Of a stretch of 64,000 bases of DNA, positions 57,881-64,000 are shown one piece after another. How positions within the stretch are numbered: the stretch's first letter is position 1; each line of letters opens with the position of its first letter. The stretch lies in the NCBI GenBank assembly GCA_963823665.1, contig CAWGMQ010000010.1, positions 1,760,001-1,824,000 on the forward strand. Direction: 5' to 3'. Below the pieces are notes generated by a model that saw nothing but the letters and a program-made list of their open reading frames with translations, was not told where the DNA came from and did not search any database. The position numbers and the translations under genes are program-made. The stretch is from an uncultured Planctomycetota bacterium (GTDB lineage: Bacteria; Planctomycetota; Planctomycetia; Isosphaerales; Isosphaeraceae).

Positions 57881-60445
57881 ATGGGCGAACGATCGATTTT
57901 CATCGCGGCGCTGGAAAAGGACGATGCCACCGAGCGGGCCGCCTATCTCGACCAGGCATGCGCCGGTGATGCGGCGATGCGCGTGCGGATCGAACGGTTG
58001 CTCAAGGCACACGAGCCGGCCGACAGTTTCCTCGAGCGCGGTCCCGCAGTCCTGGATGCGACCGACAACTTTGAGCCGATCGCGGAACAGACCGGCACGG
58101 TGATCGGCCCGTACAAGCTGATTGAGCCGATCGGCGAGGGGGGCATGGGCAGCGTCTGGATGGCCCAGCAGACCGAGCCGGTCAAGCGCCTGGTCGCCGT
58201 CAAGTTGATCAAGGCCGGCATGGACTCCCGCCAGGTCATCGCCCGCTTCGAGGCCGAGCGGCAGGCATTGGCCCTGATGGACCACCCGAACATCGCCCGC
58301 GTGCTCGACGGCGGCACCACCGGCGCTGGCCGGCCGTACTTCGTGATGGATCTCGTCAAGGGTGTGCCGATCACCCGCCACTGCGACGAGCACCACCTCA
58401 CGCCGCGGCAGCGGCTGGAACTGTTCATCCCGGTCTGCCAGGCTGTCCAGCACGCTCATCAGAAGGGCATCATCCATCGCGATATCAAGCCCTCCAACGT
58501 GCTGGTCGCCCTCTATGACAGCAATCCGGTGCCCAAGATCATCGACTTCGGCGTGGCGAAGGCGACCGGGCAACAGTTGACCGACAAGACTCTGGTCACC
58601 GGCTTCGGGGCGATTGTCGGCACGCTGGAATACATGTCGCCCGAGCAGGCCGAGGTCAACCAGCTCGACATCGACACCCGCAGTGACATCTACTCGCTGG
58701 GCGTGCTGCTCTACGAGCTGCTGGCCGGCAGCCCGCCTTTTTCCCGCAAGGAGCTGGAAAAGGCCGGCGTGCTGGAGATGCTGCGAGTGATCCGCGAGCA
58801 GGAGCCGTCGAAACCGAGCACGAAGCTGAGCACGGCGGATGGCTTGCCGACGCTCGCCGCCAACCGCGGGACTGAGCCGGCGAAGCTGACAAAGCTGGTG
58901 CGTGGCGAACTGGATTGGATCGTGATGAAGGCCCTGGAGAAGGACCGCAACCGCCGCTACGAGACCGCCAACGGCTTCGCGATGGACGCGCAGCGCTACC
59001 TGGCCGACGAGCCGGTGCAGGCGTGTCCGCCATCGGCGGCGTATCGGCTGCACAAGTTCGCAAGGCGGAACAAGGGGGCGCTGGCGGTGGTCGCCCTCGT
59101 GTTGTTCTTCGTTGTGCTCTTGGGGAGCGGCGTCGGCTGGGTGCTGTGGGATCGGTCGGCGCGGGAGGCGAAAGCGGCCAGACAGGAGGCGGAGCGGCAG
59201 GCGCAGTTGCGTGAGGCCGTGACGGGGGCGCTTGACAAGGTCGCGGACTTACGTCAGCGGGCGCGATGGGGCGAGGCTCAGGCGGTGCTCGAACAGGTGC
59301 GGCAGAGGTTGGGGTCCTCGGGTGCGAAGGACTTGCGGCGCCAGGTGGAGCAAGCGGAGGCCGATCTGGCGCTGGTGGACCGGCTGGACGCGGCGCGGCT
59401 GAAAGCGGCGGTGGTGGCGGTCAACCGGTTCGATACTGCCTCGGCGGCTCGCGATTACGCGGCGGCGTTTCGGGAAGCGGGTATCGGAGAGGAGACGGAA
59501 GCTGCGAACGTCGTGGCGGCTCGGATTCGATCGTCGGCAGTTCGAGAACAGTTAGTGGCGGCCGTGGACGATTGGGCCATCCGCGTGGGGAGAAAGGAAT
59601 CAGCGCTTCGGGCCTGGTTGTTGGCGGTGGCGCGGGCGGCGGATCCGGATCCGTGGCGCGATCGTTTTCGGGATGCGGCCCTATGGCAAGACGGCGCGGC
59701 CCTGGAACGTCTGGCTAGCGAGGGGAAGGTGAGCGAGCTGTCGTCGCAAATCATACACGCATTGAATCTGCTCTTGGTCGAGCACCACGCAGACCCGACG
59801 CCTTTGTTGAGGGCTGGGCAACGGCGTTATCCAAACGATTTCTGGTTGAACTTTAGTCTGGGTATGGAATTACAGAGTGCCAAGCGATGGGAGGACGCGA
59901 TCGGTTACTACCGAGCAGCGCTCGCGGTGCGTCCGGCAGCGAGCGCAGTGTACAACAACCTCGGCCTCGCCTTGTACGGCATAGGCCGTGTGGATGACGC
60001 CATCGCCGAGTACCAGAAGGCCATCGAGCTCGACCCAACGAATGCCAGGATCCACTCCAACCTCGGCAACGCCCTGGGAAAGAATGGCCATTTCGACGAG
60101 GACATCGCGGAGCAGCGGAAGGCGATCGAGCTCGACCCCAAGTCTGCCGCTTACCATAACAATCTCGGCAGCGCCCTGCGGGCCAAGGGCCGGGAAGACG
60201 AGGCCATCGTCGAGTACAAGAAGGCGATCGATCTCGACCCCAAGTATGCCAGCCCCCACTTTGGCCTGGGCAACACCCTGCTGGAGGGCAAGGGGCGTGT
60301 GGATGAGGCCATCGCCGAGCATCGGAAGGCCGTCGAGCTCGACCCCAATGATGCCTCTGCCCACTTCAACCTCGGCAACTCCCTGCGGGTCAAGGGCCAT
60401 GTGGACGAGGCCATCGCCGAGTGGAAGAAGGCCATCGAAAAATAA
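57881..60445 (+). CDS. Ser/Thr kinase - TM - 34-aa TPR protein
   Basis: Intact 854-aa ORF with kinase motifs, TM and TPRs; ends abruptly within a TPR unit. Confidence 0.92.
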   Translation: MGERSIFIAALEKDDATERAAYLDQACAGDAAMRVRIERLLKAHEPADSFLERGPAVLDATDNFEPIAEQTGTVIGPYKLIEPIGEGGMGSVWMAQQTEPVKRLVAVKLIKAGMDSRQVIARFEAERQALALMDHPNIARVLDGGTTGAGRPYFVMDLVKGVPITRHCDEHHLTPRQRLELFIPVCQAVQHAHQKGIIHRDIKPSNVLVALYDSNPVPKIIDFGVAKATGQQLTDKTLVTGFGAIVGTLEYMSPEQAEVNQLDIDTRSDIYSLGVLLYELLAGSPPFSRKELEKAGVLEMLRVIREQEPSKPSTKLSTADGLPTLAANRGTEPAKLTKLVRGELDWIVMKALEKDRNRRYETANGFAMDAQRYLADEPVQACPPSAAYRLHKFARRNKGALAVVALVLFFVVLLGSGVGWVLWDRSAREAKAARQEAERQAQLREAVTGALDKVADLRQRARWGEAQAVLEQVRQRLGSSGAKDLRRQVEQAEADLALVDRLDAARLKAAVVAVNRFDTASAARDYAAAFREAGIGEETEAANVVAARIRSSAVREQLVAAVDDWAIRVGRKESALRAWLLAVARAADPDPWRDRFRDAALWQDGAALERLASEGKVSELSSQIIHALNLLLVEHHADPTPLLRAGQRRYPNDFWLNFSLGMELQSAKRWEDAIGYYRAALAVRPAASAVYNNLGLALYGIGRVDDAIAEYQKAIELDPTNARIHSNLGNALGKNGHFDEDIAEQRKAIELDPKSAAYHNNLGSALRAKGREDEAIVEYKKAIDLDPKYASPHFGLGNTLLEGKGRVDEAIAEHRKAVELDPNDASAHFNLGNSLRVKGHVDEAIAEWKKAIEK

Positions 60446-60500
60446 GGCTCATTTCTCGCCCGTTGATTCGGTTTTTGGGCGCAGCGAGCAGCGAAGCCGT

Positions 60501-60659
60501 TCATCACCGAACTGACTACGTCCAAGGCAGAGCGGCCGGCAGGTTCATTACCGCCAAGCAAGCCCCCGCCGGCCAGGCACCGCTCCAGCGCTCGGTCTGC
60601 ACGCCGGGACGATGTCTATTTCATTGTATCGCAGACCAGCTTTCGAAAGGAGAAACATC
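60501..60659 (+). ncRNA. Structured leader element, copy 5
   Basis: TCATCACCGAACTGA box; loop TTACCGCCAAGCAAG retained although the 5' stem arm is mutated. Confidence 0.55.
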
Positions 60660-60818
60660 ATGTTGTCCTCTTCCTGGCTGCGAAACGCGAAACGCTCCGG
60701 ACCCGTGACCCGTCGCACACAAACGTCCCCTCGCGGGCGGAGCAGCGTTCGCCCGCGACTGGAAGCGATCGAAGATCGCTGCCTGATGTCGACCGCCGTC
60801 GTGCAAACCAACCTCGTG
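60660..60818 (+). pseudogene. 5' fragment of a TIGR03118-like gene fused to the giant-gene leader
   Basis: MLSSSWLRN..VQTNLV, then a jump to AAGGCCACGGCCGGTCC, which matches 31079 onward. Confidence 0.8.
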
Positions 60819-60941
60819 AAGGCCACGGCCGGTCCATTGTCGGAGCCGGGGACATCGAGAGTGCGCGCCCGCGTCCCGGAAAACGGACGACATCACATTA
60901 CACCGTATCGCAGGGCATTCCACTCGAGAGAGGAAACAGCA

Positions 60942-62633
60942 ATGGTAAGCCGTCACAGACTTCCAGTGCGGTTCGCATTCGCCTCCCGCGCCGTTCAGCA
61001 TCGCCGGCTCCGCCGCCGCCCGGTCCTGGAGGTCCTCGAGAGCCGCGCCCTACTATCGACGTTCACCGTCAACAGCTTGGGGAATTTGGGGAGCGGTTCT
61101 CTGGCGACTCGGGCGACCTGCCGTACTGCATCAACCAGGCCAACGCCGATAACCAGGCGAACTCGATCGTGTTCGATTCAACCCTGTTCAGCCCGCCGCA
61201 GACGATCAACAGCGGTCCGCTCGAGCTGGAAGACACCGATGGTACACAGACGATCACTGGGCCGGCCGCTGGGGTGACCATCGGCTTGAGCCCGACCGGC
61301 CTTCAGGTCGACCCTGGTGTGACCGACTGCACCATCAGCGGCAACTCCGGCGGCGGCGGCGTGTTCAATTCCGGCACGGTCAACCTGACCGCTTGCACCT
61401 TGAGCGGCAACTCCGACTCACTCACCAAGTACCCTGGGGGGCTGTACGACAGAGGCTCGGCCACGGCCGCCCTGACCGACACCATCGTCGCCGGCAACAC
61501 CAATCCTGGGGGTGCCAGCGACATCGGCGATCCCGTCAACGTTTCGGGCAGCCACAACCTGGTCGGGACCGGCGGCTCGGGGGGCTGGTGAATGGGGTCC
61601 ACGGCAACATCGTCTTGACCAGCCTCACCGACTTGGGCCTGGCCCCGCTGGGCAACAACGGCGGGCCGACCCAGACCATGGCCCTGCTCCAAGGCAGCCC
61701 GGCCATCGGCGCGGGTGTGATCGCCGACTACGCGGGCACCACGATCCCCAGACCAAGGTCTTTGGCCACGACGATCCCACCTTGACCGGCACCGCCGACC
61801 CGGTTTTGACCGACACCGTGACCGGCTTCGTCGACACCACGGTCGACGGAGTGGCGATCGACGACACGGCCGTGACGGCGCTCTCGGGCCATGGTGCGCG
61901 GACACCGGGGGAAACCGTATCCGGCGGCCCCTACGCGATCACGCAGGGCACGCTCGCGGCCGACGGCAACTACACGATCCAGTTCACCGGCAGCACGCTG
62001 ACAATCACCCCGGCGAAGCCCGTGGTGAGCGAGAGCGCCCCGGGCGGGACCTACACCGGCGCTCCGATCGCGGCCACGGCTACGCTGACAGGCGTCGGCA
62101 GCCCGGCGAACCCGGACCTGGAAGGCGTGACGCCGAGTCTGACGTATTACGCCGGTTCGGGCACCTCGGGCACGAATCTGGGCTCGATGGCCCCCGCCGC
62201 CGCCGGAACCTACACCGTCGTGGCCCGCTTCCCCGGCAGCGCCGATTACGCCCCGGCCCAGTCCAAGCCCACCACCTTCACGATCGCGCCGGCCAGGACG
62301 ACGATCGTCCTGGAGCCGCACCCGGTCCTCACGCGAAAGAACGTGCTGAAGGAGGTCGAGCTCACGGCGACAATCCAGCCGGCGGCACCCGGCGGCGGCG
62401 TGCCGACCGGCACGGTGACTTTCGAGTTCCTCACGAAGCGCCGGAACAAAGTCAAGGCGACGACGCTCGGCACCGCGGCCTTGAACGGCGGTGCGGCCAC
62501 GCTGACGTTCAAACCGAACAAGGTGCTGAACCAGTCGCTGACGGTCATCTACAGCGGCGATCCGAACTTCGTGGCCAGCATGATGAATCCGACCAAATTG
62601 ACCAAGTCCGAGGTCGCTAGCTCCAGGATTTGA
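60942..62633 (+). pseudogene. Collapsed copy of the giant secreted protein gene (~1.7 kb versus 7.5-8.5 kb)
   Basis: Export motif, a short beta-helix piece, one truncated anchor-Q module, about one MBG unit and the full KSEVASSRI C-terminal domain; multiple deletions and frameshifts. Confidence 0.8.
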
Positions 62634-62655
62634 CGGAACGAGACCGGGATTAGCT

Positions 62656-62730
62656 GCCGAGAAGGACTGAGCATACGCGCGCGGCCGGCCGCGAGTGGTG
62701 ATCGACCGCATGTCCGGCTGCCGACCCTGA
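62656..62730 (+). pseudogene. Orphan ECF sigma 3' tail with an internal stop
   Basis: AEKD*AYARGRPRVVIDRMSGCRP*. Confidence 0.7.
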
Positions 62731-62752
62731 TCGACCGGGAAGCAAAAAAACG

Positions 62753-62780
62753 TTACGGGTTGGCCCGCGGTTTCGCGCTT
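62753..62780 (+). promoter_or_regulatory. Putative ECF promoter TTACGG-N17-CGCTT (mutated -10 box)
   Basis: Homologous to 2659..2686. Confidence 0.55.
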
Positions 62781-62821
62781 TGTGTTCTGGACGGGCTCCG
62801 CGGCCCGCCGCGGAGGCTCCC

Positions 62822-64000
62822 ATGACCGCATCACCACCCGACAACGAGGCGATCTTCCACGCCGCCCGCAACATCCCCGACCCAGACCGCCAGCGGAACT
62901 ATGTCCGGGAGGCATGCGGCGGGGACGAGGCCCGGATTGCCCACATCGAGGCGCTGCTGGCGGCCGCCGACAGCCCCGACAGCCTGCTGGACCGTCCAGT
63001 GGCGGCCGCTCCCGCGGCAACCATCGACGAGCCTTCACAGGGACGACGCCCTTGGAACAGAAACGGCTGCGCGAAGCAGGCCTGGCCGAGATGGTGCGGC
63101 TGATCAAGGAAGCGGAAGCGCCGCGGCCGAGCGTGCGGCTCAGCAGCTCGAACAACCTGCCGAAGATCGCGGCGGCGCGGAACACGGATCCAGGCCGGCT
63201 ATCGGGAATTGTCCGGGGCGAGCTCGACTGGATCGTGATGAAGTGCCTGGAGAAGGACCGCAAGCGCCGGTACGAAACCGCCAGCGGCCTGGCGCGGGAC
63301 ATCCAGAGATACCTCGCCGACGAGCCGGTGGAGGCCTGCCCGCCGAGCGCGGGCTACCGATTGAGCAAGGCGGCGCGCAAGTATCGCACGCCGCCGCGGG
63401 TGGCGGGCGCATTCCTGGTGCTCCTGGTGCTGGGAGTGATCGTGAGCGCCTGGCAGGCCATCCGCGCCACCGTGGCCGAGCGGGTGGCTGAGAACCGAAA
63501 GCGTGAGGCCGATGAGGCCAGGGGACAGGCCGAGAAGCGGCGGGACGAACTGGCTGTCGTCAACGAAAACCTCCGCCGTGCCAGTTACGTGGCCGACATG
63601 AATCTCGCGCGCGTCGCCTGGGATGAGAACAACCTGAGCCGCGCCCACGAGTTGCTGGAGAAACACCGGCCCCGGCCCGGCGAGACCGATTACCGCGGGT
63701 TCGAATGGCATTATCTTCGCCGCCTCTTTCATGGCGATCTGCTGACCGTCAAGGCGCATGTCGGCTCGGTCAGGACCGTCGCCTTCACGCCGGACGGCAA
63801 GCGGCTGGTCACTTCCGGGTTGAGCCGGCCACGGCAGAAGTATTCCAACCCGAGGTCCGGCGATGTGAAGTTCTGGGATGCGGCGACGGGCCAGCCGCTT
63901 CGCGTCCAGCTCAGTGGCCACGCCGACAACCTGGACAGAGCGGTCCTCAGTCCCGACGGTACCCATCTCGCCGCGACTCGTTGGGATCATACGCTCCTGG
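62822..64000 (+). pseudogene. Duplicate of the kinase-WD40 gene (19326) lacking most of the kinase domain; 3' partial
   Basis: Matches 19326-19538, then jumps near 63033 to the equivalent of ~20184 (~645 bp lost, including the G-loop, HRD and DFG motifs). Confidence 0.85.

Noticed and set aside
2571..62820. Intergenic repeats as integron attC sites, MITEs or REP elements
   Set aside because: No integrase, terminal inverted repeats or target duplications; the repeats are explained as sigma tails, promoter motifs and leaders.
1..64000. Long minus-strand and alternate-frame ORFs (e.g. 2334..4262, 32590..34374, 57155..59053)
   Set aside because: They are shadows of GC-rich + strand genes and carry no recognisable motifs.
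1..64000. Single-base frameshifts as programmed frameshifting, phase variation or true pseudogenes
   Set aside because: They are scattered through nearly all genes, cluster locally (9050-9300, 27780-28060) and share no slippery motif; sequencing error is the simpler explanation, testable by polishing.

Overview
A GC-rich window, very likely from a planctomycete (Isosphaeraceae-like). Every supportable gene lies on the + strand. Many single-base frameshifts are present and probably include long-read consensus errors. The window is a repeatedly duplicated array of a few modules: (i) 4 ECF sigma genes (one TIGR02984-like, three TIGR02999/ECF43-like); (ii) 9 membrane-anchored Ser/Thr kinase genes or remnants with TPR and/or WD40 C-termini; (iii) 3 giant secreted beta-helix/choice-of-anchor-Q/MBG/Ig proteins plus one collapsed copy; (iv) one TIGR03118-like protein with 3 remnants, and one di-heme (2x CxxCH) oxidoreductase-like protein with 1 remnant. 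The most notable signals are non-coding. A bipartite promoter-like motif, T(G/T)(G/A)CG(C/G)-like hexamer-N17-CGCAT, occurs at 12 sites plus one N16 variant. It sits directly behind each ECF43-like gene, and several orphan copies still carry the last codons of an otherwise absent sigma gene. A structured ~160-nt leader with an invariant ACCGCCAAGC loop occurs 5 times, and a separate hairpin element carries the complementary TTGGCGGTGA. Many duplicate genes have been hollowed out by internal deletions, often at short direct repeats, with both ends retained. No integrase, transposase, reverse transcriptase, CRISPR array, tRNA or rRNA was recognised. Family names come from motif recognition only; no database search was run.
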